Below, in pieces: positions 11,990 through 24,941 of a DNA stretch of 64,000 nucleotides. The stretch's first letter is position 1. Every line of letters begins with the position of its first letter. The stretch is taken from the NCBI GenBank assembly GCA_951406725.2, contig OX597826.1, positions 24,552,001-24,616,000 of the forward strand, written 5' to 3'. A program made the translations under genes and the position numbers. This DNA comes from Octopus vulgaris. Its lineage: Eukaryota. The notes beneath the pieces were generated by a model, which did not search any database, had not been told where the DNA came from, and saw only the letters and a program-made list of their open reading frames with translations.

Positions 11990-14900
11990 TTCCACATAGT
12001 TTCCACTCATATCCATTTACAAGGCACTGAAGCTGTTTAAAATAATAATTAAAAGAAAACAGTAAATGTTTATAATAAGGACACTTACCAATACCAAGGA
12101 ATATCCATTTCTTCAACATTTTCTTGTTTTAAGTTTTGTTGATGAACACCTTCACGTACCCACTTTTGGATACACTGAATGTGAAATATGCAGTAACATC
12201 CTTGACAGCACCAAATCTATAAAGGAAAGGCAATAGAACAATTGTGCAATGTAATATTGTGAATATAAGAGATTTAGGAAAATTAAGAAATCATCCTACT
12301 TCAAAATTATTGAGTGATAATTTTAATGATAAAGTGAAATAATGACAACTATATATTTTTTCTGGTTGAGAATACAGGAGTACTACCAAAATGAGAAAGC
12401 AGTCAGTTGCAGGGTTTACTGAGTGACTGAAATACTGTGAAATGAAGTACTATGCTTAAAGCTTGAGAACTGAACCTGTAACCTAATGATTGTGAATTCA
12501 ACTTCCAAAACAATATGCTATGCATCTTTATACAGATTAATGTAAGGAAGGAAAAGAAAAAAAAGCAAACGAGGGAGCCTGTAGGTGGTCACCCGAGTTG
12601 CTAGAAATAACAGCTAAATCTTTCAGATTAGTTCTTTTCCTCTTAGATATGGAAAGGATACATTAGGATGGAATGTCTTTGATTATAGGTTTGCTTAACA
12701 GTGTTGGCCCAAGACTATATTACTACTGTAACAACACTCATTGTGAGAGAATTTGCAGATATCATTAACAAATAAAAAATACCAATAAACCAAAAAAAAA
12801 AAAAAAAAAAAAAAACTTACAGCATCTGTCTTCTTAATAGATTCAATACAAACAAGACATGCTGAGGTGTTGGATCGAAATGAATGAAGTAAGTCTTCTT
12901 GTGCTTTAGTAACTTTATTTACTTCACCAGAACCTATAATATCAAAAACAAACTTACAGAAATTTTTTGAGACGACGACGATGATTCATACATACACATT
13001 TACACACATACACACACAATGTAATGTACATAAATACACACAAATACAATGTAAAATAATTAAATCTTAATAGCCTGAGTTAGTTGTTACTTTCATACTT
13101 TGTTGACTACATTAGATAAAACAATCTATAATGAGAGCATATAAGGTATAATGATTTGAAAATGTTCATGAATTCTTTATTTGTTTCACTCTAAAAGACA
13201 ATGAATACCCGTTCTTCGATAACTAACACCCCTGACCTCAAGCTAGATATACTATGGTGTGTTTTCTTGTTTCATTGATCCATGACAAATAAAGAAATCA
13301 GTTTTTCCTAGATGAGAATTGAAATTTATACAGAATTTATACACTCTATTGTACTAGCGTTATAATTCTAGGTCATCACCATTATTTGGTCGGAAGACAG
13401 CAAAAATGATAGATAGCTAACCTAGAAATACTTCATATTAGATTAATTAGTTCAGTGTTTCACTGTTCCCCATAAGCAACAAGAATATATGAATGAAGTG
13501 ATCAATACATATTCCCCATCTTGCTCTCCTCTACTAAAAAAAAAATCAGCTATGCAAAGTAAACTGTTATTTTAGTCAATATGTACACACACACACACAC
13601 ATCATAACCATTACTATCAGTTTGATTCTCATTTGGAACTTTTTCTTTTCTCCTTACAAATAAACATCAAAATTTTCTATTTCCCATTTTGTATATATCT
13701 TAATGCATTATCTTTATGTAAAAAAAAAGGTTAAAAACTACTACTACTACTACCATCACTACTTCATATTGGTAATCAAATAACAAACAATTCATAAAAC
13801 TGTGAAAGAGACTATTTTCAATTTAAAAAGATTATTTTACCATATGTTCCAGAATATCCTTTAAAAACAGTGTCTAACACATTATCAGCCAAATCATCTT
13901 CAGACGAATCACTTTCCTCAAAATGCTCAGGAGCTGACTGTAAATGTCTTTGAATTGATTCTTGCATTTGTGAACTAGCTTTTTGAAAGCGTTCTTCAGC
14001 ACTGTTTTCTAATCCATTTTTTTCAGTAACTAAAAAGAAAGAAAAACAAAAACAAAATTTGATCAATGAAGCCATTTAATGTTTATTGAAAGTGGAAAAT
14101 AAATCACTTAAAGAAATAGCCATCTATTCTAAACAACATACCTAAAGTATCTAGCCTTCTACATCATCTTATGTTGTATTTCAAAGAAAGACCACTCAAT
14201 ACTGCTTGCCCTAGTTGGCCAAGCTAAGAAATATATATCAGTGTGACATAACAAAGATCTTTAGCTTCATATGCTGTAAGCATGTTTCTTTACCTACAGA
14301 GATCAATGCTTTCAATTACAAATAAACTATATTTGTAAGATAGAAAAATATTATTTTACACCACTCAATAACTTAAAAGAGCACAGGCATGACTGTGTGG
14401 TTAAGAAGCTCACTTTGCAACCATGTGATTTCAGGTTTAGTCCCACTGCATGGCACCTTGGGTGAGTGTCGTCCATTATAGTGCTGGGCTGACCAATGCT
14501 TTGCGAGTGAGTTTGGTAGATGGAAACTGTACAGAAGCCCACTATATACATATATAAATGTGTGTGTGTGTGCATCTCTCCTACTGCTGCTTGACAGCCT
14601 GTGTTGGTTTGCTGATGTATCTGTAACTTAGACAATCAGCAAAAGAGACTGATAGAATAAGTGTCACACTTTAAAATATAAGTACAGAGTAAATTTGCTT
14701 GACTAAATTCTTCCAATGACTGAATCAAGTAAATCATAAAAGATGAAGACTAGCAAGTCCATTTCAAGACTTTTAAATTAGTGAGAAATACACAGAACAC
14801 TAATAGTTTAATGATCATTATTAAAGCTAAGAATAAGGTGGTGTGCTGGCAGAATTGTTAGTACACTGGGCGAAGTGCTTAGCTGTATTTCGTCTGCCAC

Positions 14901-16409
14901 AACATTCTGGGTTCAAATTCTGCTGAGGTCAGCTTTGCTTTTTGTCCTTTCAGAGTCAATAAAATAAGTATCAGTGGAGTACTGGGGTCGATGTGATTGA
15001 CTCATTCTTCTCTCCACAAAATCCAGGCTTTGTGCCTATAGTAGAAAGGATTATTATAGCCAACAGTATTAAATTTGAAGTTATCAAGCAGTAAGATCTC
15101 AAATGTAAATATTGTTCAATATAATATTATGAGTAGCAGCTCTAATTTAGCTTCCTTTATAATAATTAACAGCAACTATTTAAAATGAAATATACTATAG
15201 ATTGCACCAATCACTGAAAACCCTGTAATCCACTATATCAAATGCTTTAGATAAGTTCAGTTAGAAAAAAACATATAGAGAATCATGGAGGGGTTAGTCA
15301 ATATCATCATATAATCTGCTGAAAATTTTCTCATATCTATATCCACTCTTGGAAATTTCAAGTTATTGAATGAAAGGTGACCACTGAAACAATGTAGCAC
15401 AACTTTCTCATTTAGTGTCATCATGATCCATTGTTTCTAACAAAAGTAATTATTCTTGGAAGACTGAAATTTGGAAAAGTTTCCATATATTATTTTTGAT
15501 CTTTTCAGTTATTGGTAAGGCCATTCTAGAAACAAATTTTTTCGAAGAATTAAAAAAAAATTTAATTTGAATAGTGAATAGTGAAATATATCTTCTCAAA
15601 ATGCATGTTAGCATGCAAGGATTAGCTACTCAAGATAAAAAAAGAAATTTTATCAAGGCTTTTTTTCCCCTCCGAGACACATGATTAAATTTTTCTCTTT
15701 GTCCTGTTTATTGCACCTCAACAAACTTGCAATATATGGACTTGTATTAGCTGAGTCTAACATCTTTTATAAATGGACATCCTATTTCATTCTTAAATCA
15801 TGTCAAAATTCCCAAATTATTGATATTAATACAACTATAAAAATAATACCAGCCAAATAATAAAATTTGATTATCATAAAACAACAACAACAATACACTC
15901 TCCAAACAAGTTCCAAGCGATTTCATACAGAAATGTGTAAATATGTATGTGTCCATATAAGCGTACATGCCTCATAATATAAAATAAAAAAATATATTCA
16001 CTCTGACTGCTTCACTTCCAAGAGCCTAAGCTAACAGAACTGCATCCATTCTTATCAACATTTCTAACTAACTATTAACCCATACCTGTTCAAATGAGCA
16101 ACAGTTTTGTCCAGTCACATCTATTTCTCAGTATATGAGGATTTAACAGTAAAAAACACAATCAATAAATTATGAATTTAATTTCTATTTTTATTATTTT
16201 TTTTACATACCAGGAGGCTTTTTATGCCATGGATTAGGAGGAATGTTAGGTGAACAGGCAGCATTTACTTCAGGTTTGCTAGATTCATTGATTTGGTTAA
16301 ATCTTTTGCCTCGGCTCCCTCCATTTTCTTGTATATTTGCAGGTGGATTACTTGAAGCTCGCCCTCTCCCTCGACCATGTCCTTTCAAGAAAGCTGGCTT
16401 TTTATCCAT
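2444..16409 (-). CDS. NFXL1: NF-X1-type zinc finger protein NFXL1, 5' part, spliced; continues left of the window
   Basis: Exons 16409-16211, 14029-13841, 12933-12821, 12216-12089, 7925-7747, 7390-7229, 2544-2444. All are GT-AG and phase-consistent. They encode the RING CLVC..CQGC..HIQC..WYCPKC and NF-X1 fingers ([28 protein letters not shown]), closely matching vertebrate NFXL1 as recalled. Confidence 0.93.
2736..2995 (-). repeat. 3' LTR
   Basis: Near-identical to 6616-6878, with a handful of substitutions and one 3-bp indel. Confidence 0.95.
3010..5852 (-). pseudogene. pol (protease, RT, RNase H, integrase), disrupted
   Basis: [79 protein letters not shown]. Frameshifts near 5550, 5200, 4835 and 3235; TGA stop at 4246-4248. 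Confidence 0.92.
5793..5852 (-). promoter_or_regulatory. -1 programmed ribosomal frameshift signal (G GGA AAC plus predicted H-type pseudoknot)
   Basis: Slippery heptamer at 5852-5846 in the gag frame, with pol in the -1 frame. Stem 1 GUGGGGAAGUU/AACUUUCCCCGC. Stem 2 UGCCUCU/AGAGGCA. Confidence 0.8.
5798..6562 (-). CDS. Gag (254 aa) with two zinc knuckles
   Basis: Intact ORF inside the LTR element; [13 protein letters not shown] and [14 protein letters not shown]. Confidence 0.9.
   Translation of the reverse strand: MSAKIRITSDVVRPFNGEGNVVAWIRKIRLVARLQGISDVASLMALYLEGSALTLYLEMDEEERLSEENIERCLRDAYTECKYTAFAKLGAIRWTGGQVDDYASEVRRLATLAGFAGEGLERAARLAFVNGFPDDVGIHLQRLPEIKKMPLSELVAQARVLTRHSGRKAIAMAVTEVRKDGRRPEKDVQKLTMQRERPFSGRCFRCQGPHMARDCTQPGPVCYRCRQTGHIARDCDQGNDRGEVAASRTFPANE
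6616..6878 (-). repeat. 5' LTR
   Basis: TG...CA termini, followed by the TSD ACCAT. Confidence 0.95.
7229..7390 (-). CDS. NFXL1: NFXL1 coding exon 6
   Basis: [16 protein letters not shown]...CQQACHE; 162 bp; phase 1 to 1. Confidence 0.93.
7747..7925 (-). CDS. NFXL1: NFXL1 coding exon 5
   Basis: [60 protein letters not shown]; AG/GT boundaries. Confidence 0.93.
8060..8620 (-). mobile_element. old RTE-clade (Expander/Rex3-like) LINE 3' fragment
   Basis: The minus strand translates [23 protein letters not shown], typical of the RT C-terminus in RTE elements. Confidence 0.65.
10276..11782 (-). mobile_element. 5'-truncated RTE-clade LINE
   Basis: RT C-terminus ([31 protein letters not shown]), a 3' UTR with 63-bp repeats, and a (GAT)n tail. 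Confidence 0.92.
10439..10640. repeat. 3 x 63-bp tandem repeat in the RTE 3' UTR
   Basis: TTATGTGCCAC recurs at 10441, 10504 and 10567. Confidence 0.9.
12089..12216 (-). CDS. NFXL1: NFXL1 coding exon 4 (RING)
   Basis: [42 protein letters not shown]; 128 bp. Confidence 0.92.
12821..12933 (-). CDS. NFXL1: NFXL1 coding exon 3
   Basis: [38 protein letters not shown]; 113 bp. Confidence 0.9.
13841..14029 (-). CDS. NFXL1: NFXL1 coding exon 2
   Basis: [19 protein letters not shown]...[23 protein letters not shown]; 189 bp; phase 1 to 1. Confidence 0.88.
14385..15058 (+). mobile_element. two tRNA-derived SINEs (families A and B)
   Basis: 14385-14745 matches the family at 57412-57790. 14836-15058 matches the family clustered at 42860-46650. 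Confidence 0.75.
16211..16409 (-). CDS. NFXL1: NFXL1 first coding exon
   Basis: [17 protein letters not shown]... A splice acceptor 10 nt upstream of the ATG (16420-16421) implies an upstream 5'UTR exon. Donor GTATGT. Confidence 0.82.
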
Positions 16410-16708
16410 AATGGATTATCTAAAGAAAGAAATTAGGATCATTAAAGTCAAAGTAGATTATTTATACTCTTTAAACAAGATAATCAAAGGAACTTATTGA
16501 AATATTATCAACTAAAGGAAAGCTTACCTGATTTAACGTAATCCAAAAATATTTCTAGTAAAAAAGGGACTTCCTTTTCTCCATATAAACTTTTATATTC
16601 TCTTTGGATATTTTCTACTTCAGAAATTATACTAAAAACAAAATTAGAAATAAATAAAAATAAACATGTAAATATGAAATATAGCTATATGTAGCACCAA
16701 TTAAATTG

Positions 16709-17898
16709 TCAAGTTGTCAAGTATGAAATTTGTAGTAAGGTATATGGTAAACTTCGACAGCTGCTCATTTTGTGTCATTATTATATTTTGAAAATCTTTA
16801 TAAAGCTTATATAAATCGTTTTTTCTATTTTTGTTTAGAGATGGATAAGTCAGAAATTCATCGTTTTGAATAAGAGTTCTTTCTTGGAAATACAACATCA
16901 CAGGTAGCTCAGAATATTAATAGAGTATTTCATTCTAATGTTATTACACAGCAGAGAGTATCAAATTGGTTCGCAAACTTTCATTCTGGTAACTTTGACC
17001 TCACAAATGAGCAACGTGGTTGACCAGAAACAAAGGTAGATAATGACGAACTGAAAGCCACTGTTGAGTCAGATCCATTTCAATGTGCCTGTGAATTATT
17101 GTTGTTGCTTGGTGTTGACAAACAAACAATATTGACTCACCTAGTTCAAATCAGTAAAGTGAAAAAGTTGGATAAGTAGGTTCCACATGAACTCAATGAA
17201 AATCAGAAACAGCAACATTTGGAAGCTTGCATTATGCTACTTTCTCATCACAAAAATGAATAATTTTTGAATCAAATTGTAACATGTGATGAGAAATGGA
17301 TCCAATACAACAACCATAAATGTTCAGCACAATGGTTGGACAAAGATGAGCCACAACAACAGTCCAGAAAGCAAAATTCACCAAAAGAAGCTGATGGTAC
17401 ATGTTTGGTGGTCTGGTGCAGGTGTGATCCATTATGATTTCATTAAACCTGGCACATCAATCACAGCCAAAGTACACTGCAGCCAACTGGACCAAATGAT
17501 GTAGAAACTTACAAAGAAACAGCCTAGATTAAGCAACAGATTCACCCCTATTTTACAACACCAGACCACACATTGTGAAAATGACATTAGCGAAACTACA
17601 GGAGTTGGAGTTGGAAGTTCTCTATCATCCATCATACTCACCTGATCTTGCCTCCACTGACTACTACTTCTTCCAGGATTTGGATAACTTTTTGATAGGA
17701 AAAAAATTTAATTCTAAGATTTTATTGCCTCTAGATTGCCAGGCTTTTACAGTTCTGGGCTGGACAAGCTACCGCTGAAATGGCAAACGTGTATTGACAA
17801 TATGGGTGCATACTTTGATGACTAAAACTATTCCTTGTATTTATAAAACATTAGTAAACTTTTTTTCTTTTCTACAAATTTCATACTTGATGACCTAA
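16709..17898 (+). mobile_element. decayed full-length mariner transposon (~1.2 kb)
   Basis: The TIRs share TCAAGTATGAAATTTGTAG (16717-16735 and 17872-17890), with TA at 17899. Transposase motifs VPHEL, IVTCDEKW, MVHVWW and HPSYSPDLASTDY are present with stops and frameshifts. Confidence 0.9.
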
Positions 17899-18850
17899 TA
17901 ATAATCTCCACTGAAGTTGCTTGAAGAAAATAAATTTAAAACTAGAATTTTCAAATGGTGTTAGATATTTTTAAAGACAATTTTGAAATCAATATAGGTT
18001 CTTTTTTTACTAAGTGCAATGACAAAATTAGTAGAAGAGAAAAACATACATGTGTGAACGAAACCCAGTACTTTGTCACTACTTTTTTAGACCTAGGATG
18101 ATGATGTGATGAAGTAAAGTAAAATTATCATCATCGTTTTTACATCCAGTTTTCTATGCTGGCATGAGTTAGAAGAAAGTTATTGAGACAAATTTTCAAC
18201 AGCTGATACTCTTTCTGTCACCAACCTTCATTTATTTTTGAGTATTTTTCATCCCATTGCTCCCCACTTCTGTGGAGCTACAAGACATTTGTTTACTAAA
18301 GAATCTAAACAATGTCACTTATTTTATTGTTCAGAGGTTGTGTGTAACAACACACACAACAGCTTTCTGTACAGTTTCTGCCTACTAGTTTCACCCACAA
18401 AGCATATATCAGTGTAAGGTAATACCTGAAGACATGCCCAAGATGTCACAAAGAGGGACTAAGCTCAAAACCATGTTGCTGCAAAATGAATTTCATAACC
18501 ACTGAACTATGTCTGCATCAATATATCAAAGTGAATATTCTATGATATGATCTATCTCATTACAAGTCTCCCAAGAATTATCGATGTCTCATCTCAACTA
18601 TCAAGCTTGCAAGATTTAAATACAAAATTGAAAAAATAAATAAATATGATTCATTGAAATGCGTTATCTCAGTACCCCAGCACTTATTAAGGATGTGTTC
18701 AAAGAATAATATAAATTTTAAAAAAACTGTAATTCAAAGATTAAAAGGTTTGAAGCATGGTGTTTCATTGATAAATATCTATGTAGATTTATCTTTGCAT
18801 TCTTTTATAATTCAGATTAAATGTTAATCTTTCAATGATTAATAAATCTA

Positions 18851-21251
18851 AAAGACCAAAGACTGGAGGTGTTTCGTGTTGCAAGACAGTGTGTGAGAGA
18901 GAATTGTGATGTGGTAGGAGAGAAATGTGTTCGCATGGAAGATGGTTCACTTGCGCTAAATGAGGATGCAAAGAGAGAGGTTTGGAGACGCCACTATGAA
19001 AGGTTGCTGAATAAAGAAAATGAATGGGATAAAGAGAGTCTGCTGAATGTCGACCCAACAGAGGGACCAGCTATCCGAGTTGACAGTTCCTTGGTAGTTA
19101 AGGCGATTAGAAGCATGAAGACAGAGAAAGCCCCAGGCCCATCAGGAATCACTGCAGAGATGCTCAAAATATCTGGTAGTGTCGCCTATAGCCTAGTCAC
19201 CCGTATAGTTAATCAGGTGATACACGAAGGAGTCATACCCAATGACTGGTGTAGCAGCATAATAGTCAACTGCTACAAAGGTAAAGGTGATGCCCTAGAT
19301 ACAAATAATTACAGAGGTATCAAGCTGCTGGATCAGGTAATGAAGGTTACGGAGAGGGTCATAGCCCAACTAATTAGAGAGAGAGTTAGTTTAGATGAGA
19401 TGCAGTTTGGGTTTGTGCCAGGGAAAAGTACCACTGATGCTATATTCCTGGTAAGGCAGCTGCAGAAGAAATACCTAGCCAAAGATAAGCCCCTGTACCT
19501 GGCTTTTGTTGACATGGAGAAAGCCTTTGACAGGGTCCCCTGATCCCTTATCTGGTGGTCAATGGGGAAACTAGGGATAGATGAATGGTTAGTGAGAGCT
19601 GTGCGAGCCATGTACAGGGCCGCTGCTAGTAAGGTGAGGGTTGGCAACGAGTAGAGTGAAGAATTCCGGGTAGAGGTAGGGGTCCACCAAGGCTCAGTCC
19701 TCAGTCCCCTCCTATTTATCATAGTCCTCCAGGCAATAACAGAGGAATTCAAGACAGGATGCCCCTGGGAGCTCCTCTATGCTGATGACCTTGCTCTAAT
19801 TGCTGAGTCACTATCAGAACTGGAGGAGAAGTTTCAGGTGTGGAAGCAAGGATTAGAATCGAAGGGCCTTAGAGTCAATCTAGCTAAAACCAAAGTCCTA
19901 ATAAGTAGGATGGTAGACAAATCACAAACGCCTTCAGGTAGATGGCCCTGCTCGATCTGTAGTAGAGGTGTAGGTAGAAACTCTATAAGATGCACCAAGT
20001 GTAAGCTATGGACACATAAGAGGTGCAGCAATGTCAAAGGTAGGCTAACTAGAAAGATAGTTTTCGTATGTGGCAGATGCTCAGGAGCAATAAACACTGA
20101 AAATGCTCTGAGACCAACTTCTGCCACATTCCAGGGAGAAAAACTAGAAATGGTTGATAGCTTCCGTTACCTAGGTGACCAAGTCAGTAGCAGGGGTGGG
20201 TGTGCTGAAAGTGTAACTGCTAGAGTAAGAATAGCTTGGGCAAAGTTCAGAGAGCTCTTACCTCTGCTGGTGACAAAAGGCCTCTAGCTCAGAGTAAAAG
20301 GCAGACTGTATGACGCGTGTGTACGAACAGCCATGCTACATGGCAGTGAAACATGGGCCGTGACTGCTGAGGATATGTGTAAGCTCGCGAGAAATGAAGC
20401 CAGTATGCTCCGATGGATGTGCAATGTCAGTGTTCATACTCGACAGAGCGTAAGTACCTTGAGAGGAAAGTTGGACCTAAGAAGCATCAGTTGTGGAGTG
20501 CAAGAGAGATGTTTGCGCTGGTATGGTCATGTGGCGAGAATGGATGAAGATAGTTGTGTGAAAAAGTACCACACCCTAGCAGTTGAGGGAACCTGTGGAA
20601 GAGGTAGACCCAGGAAAACCTGGGACGAGGTGGTGAAGCACGACCTTCGAACTTTAGGTCTCACTGAGGAAATAACTAGAGACCAAGACCTTTGGAAGTA
20701 TGCTGTGCGTGAGAAGACACCGGCAGGACAAGTGAGACCATAACCCGTGGCCTCTACACGGGATGTAGCCAGTCCACTTATGCATACCGTTCCTCCTTGG
20801 GATACAAAACTCTACTTGTGAAGACCTGTTGAGGCAAGTGAGAATTGAAATCGATCAACATCAATGGAAATTGCAGCTGTGATACTAGTGCCAGTGGCAC
20901 GTAAGAGAACCATCCGAACGTGGCCGTTGCCAGCGCCGCCCCAACTGGCCTCGTGCTGGTGGCACGTAAAAAGCACCATCTGTCTGTGGCCGTTGCCAGC
21001 CTCACCTGGCCCCCATGCCGGTGGCACGTAAAAAGCACCATCCGATCGTGGCCGTTTGCCAGACTCGTCTGGCATGTAAAAAGCACCCACTACACTCACT
21101 GAGTGGTTGGCGTTAGGAAGGGCATCCAGCCGTAGAAACATTGCCAGATCAGACTGGGCCTGGTGCAGCCTTCTGGCTTCCCAGACCCCAGTTGAACCGT
21201 CCAACCCATGCTAGCATGGAAAGCGGACACTAAACGATGATGATGATGATG
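18851..21251 (+). mobile_element. 5'-truncated RTE-clade LINE with complete RT domain
   Basis: Single frame 18869-20743 with 3 nonsense codons. KAPGPSGI, NYRGIKLL, QFGF, FVDMEKAFDRV, GVHQGSVLSP, LYADDL. (GAT)n tail. Confidence 0.95.
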
Positions 21252-22189
21252 AAAAGAGCTATCTTCCACACACATGTATAATGGTTTCAGCAAGACAATT
21301 GAATTCCATACATAACTTCATCCTTCTAGAATTAAGAAGCAACAACAGGTTATCAAAATTATTATTATTATTAAGGAATTAACTCCATGGAAAGAACAAG
21401 AGAATATACAAATTCTGAATACAAACTGAAGTTAGAAACTGTAGTGGCGATTCAAAACTAAATCACTAGGTCACCAGTCAGATATCACAAGCAAGCTACA
21501 GTAGTATCATATGATCAATCTATTAACCAATCTGCATCAAGCCACCACGAGATTCAATCATCCAGAATCTTCTGCTTTTGGTGCCTAAATTCTTTGCAGA
21601 GTGTTGAAACCGGCTGACTCTTTCATGTCTCAATCTCTTGCAAGGCAGAATGTTGTGGCAGCTGTGCAATATGCCTCCATTTTGCCACATCAATTGGTTT
21701 CAGATATTTGTGCAGACATGTCCAGGTTCTTGGACAGATTGAACTAAACATTCACACAATGTCACACAAAGTAACTTCATTGATCACTGCACAGTTTTTC
21801 CTTCTCTCCCAGTATGTAATTACTGCTGTTACTATTTGTAAAATACCAACACATGAAATAATAAAATCTGTTAAATGTCAGGGTCACCAGCCAACAGCAG
21901 AACAACTACACTACAAGCCACAACAAAACAAAGCTACTACAGTGATCAGATCTACCTTGTATAACCCTAATGCAATTACCAACAAAGCCACTGGATAACA
22001 AAAATAATAGTTATAGCTGAACAACTACATTGAACTTCACACAGCCAAATTCTGCAGAATAGGTTGTGTATTCTCTCAGACCTGAAAGAAACAGTGTATA
22101 CCTGTTATGTACAGCCTATAAGTCTTTTAGAAATGTTCTGTCAGTTATCTTTTTATTCTGTAATTCAGGGACTATTCAAACAAAAGTAG

Positions 22190-22430
22190 TCCTAAATTTG
22201 AGATAAGTTCATGATCTTCCTTGTTCTTTGGGTTATTTTTTTCATCTGTGTCATTTGAAACAAGCCATTTCGATTTTGTCTTCTTAAGACAGTGTTTAAT
22301 AATAAGATCTCTCTCCTCTTAGCCTGGAGAGTTTTTAAACACTGGTGCTTAACCCCAGCTTTTCTTATTAAAGCCAATGAGATAAATCATCAACGGGAGA
22401 AGATATTTTAGATATAAATGGGCACCTGTT
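22190..22430 (-). mobile_element. highly degraded non-LTR RT fragment
   Basis: Weak SPLM..LALIRKAGVK similarity to the RT domain 4 region. Confidence 0.3.
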
Positions 22431-24941
22431 TCTAACAACAAATCTAAGTTGAAATAAACTGTTTGTCCTTGGTCAAGAAACACGATGAAAACGGGCAACA
22501 GTTAAGTTATTCACGACCTTGTTGCTTCCCTTGTCAAGTTGATATATAAAACAGTGCAAAATGACACTCTATAACAAGACCATAGACATATCTAGTTAGA
22601 GAGATTCTACACTAGACATGGGGCACTTTTCCGTGAAGCGGGTCACGAGATATGGTTCATCATTAGGCGGACCGCATTACTAAAAAAATTCAAGGTAATT
22701 TTTAGTCGTGCTACTCAGAAGTCCAGCGAACAGCAGGCTGCCCGTGACTGATCTACACAATTCACTCAATCTGTCAAAAATTACAGCCAAATCTCCATAT
22801 CATTTTAGATTTAAAAAAAAAAAAAAAGCGCATAATGTCATTCTGAGTGAACAATGTTTTCTGATACAAACGTGATTTTCTTGTTTGAAAAGTACATTTC
22901 TTTGATGACAAGTCTGCTCAATCAGGGTTGACTTGCGGCTAAACAACAACCACCATTGAGAAATTCGTTTGAAATAACCGTTTACATGACACATAGCAGC
23001 AGACACTGTTTCAAGTCCACAGGGCAAATGAAAGGGGGTTAAGAGGTTATGACGAAGAAAAAGTAACCAGGCCCTAGACTTTGAAAAAAAAAACCCCAAA
23101 AAACAAAGAAATGTTTAGGTGTGAGAGAATGAAGAAAAGCCATATTGCTACGACAGGGGATAAATAATGAAGAGACTAAAGGATGGATATTGTACAGCTG
23201 GGTATAAAAAATTGAACTAATTGAACAAATATTCTTACGTCGACACCACAGGGATTACGGTCATGCTGGAGCACTGCCATCTGGTTATTTGTTCGGACGA
23301 TAGGTTATAGTTTATTTTCTACGACTTAAAAGTACGTCACATGTTCTAGTTTCAACGTCAGATTAAAGTGAGTGGACCTGTAAATGTGTGCGCGCGCGTG
23401 TGTTTGAGAGGATTTCTTTTTTTAAGTACGTGTAAACGAAATGAAATTTTATTTACAATTTAAGAAACTATACCAGTATTTTGCATTTAAATAAAACATC
23501 AGAAAAACGTTGAAAACATGATTAGAACTTAACCATATTGTTTAATAAACAGGTGGGGTTGAGTTTCCAAATTACGATAAAATGTAATCGACAATATTGA
23601 AATTAACTAGATTAGTTAGATTATAAATGAATATCACAACTTTTAAAAAATAGATATAACACTAAAAGAAATACAAACAGACCCATGTCCGTCAGGTAGA
23701 GAACGTCTATTACAACCTAAAGTGCAAGAGATGTTCACAGAGTGGAAGAAATTATTTTACCGTTAAGAAGTGGACAAGTCCAACGTATCGGGAGAATCCT
23801 TCGCGAAAGAGAAAGAGAGAAATGAAAAGTTTACTGAAATAGCAAGCTAGAGAGAGAGATAGTGATTGGGGATGAAGGAAAAACAGTAAAGATTCAGTTG
23901 ATAAAAATAAACACACTTTTAGATCAATATATTCATTCACACACTTTCATGTGTGAATTACACGCTCAGCAAAATCTCAGCATATTGTCGATAAGGTTGT
24001 AAAAGTTTAGCCCAAGGTAAGCCCTCATCGAGTAATGATTTTTAACTGTTTCAGTTACAAACACTACTGTGTGCATGACAAGGGGCGTTTTCATTAGACA
24101 GTAGGATGTGAGGTTGTAATTTGAGGGATATTAGGTTGCATTTTTAGCAGTTCGAGAAACACGTAGACTCTCTCTCTCTCTCTCTCTCGTTGGCTTATAT
24201 CGGCCATGCGGTGTTTAGTTCTTGGTCAGCCCTGAACTAACAGAATAACAATCATTGACGTTCTAGCTTGTGTCCACCGTCTTCTTTATTGAGCCGTAAT
24301 GTATCCAGAACGATATTATTGAATATATTCTTACTTTTTAAGCTATTAGGATGTGGTTTGAGGGAAATCTGGAATCTATGGCGTTTTCCTTGGCTCGTAT
24401 TGTCTTGCGGTTGTTTAACTCCAGTTCAACCTTATCGAGCAAACTTATGATCAAAGACAGTCAAATCGTGACAATCCCGCCTTTTGTAGAAGAGTGTATC
24501 CATTATCCAGGGAATCTTTTCCCCCTTTTTTAGGGTACGACCCGAAGGAAATTTGGTTGTTAGTTCAAGTAGCTCAAGCGACTTAGCAGAGGTTCACTTC
24601 ATGTCTTCTAACATCCATCGGGGTTGTTTTCAACTGACAGGCGATGCCAACTTAACAACAGGGGTGACAGAAAAGTACCTAAGGAAAGCGAGTATTCTCC
24701 ATATACAGGGTAAGGTCTAATATACATTAAATAGCGGCTTAGAAAACTTTGATCAACTGAAATTATCTACATATCTAATCGATAAAACTTTTTAAAAATC
24801 CTTCTTCTGGAGGTGTTGCAAATTTATCCCAAACAAGTATGGGAGGTAACTCCAATAATATCAGCTAACCGAAATATTGAGGAAATAAACAACAGAAGTA
24901 AAAGTGGATCTTGTCTGTGAAAGGAACTAGTAAAAGCCAAG

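Noticed and set aside
21480-22100. Possible decayed coding sequence
   Set aside because: At most a faint LINE-like trace with multiple stops; not supportable.
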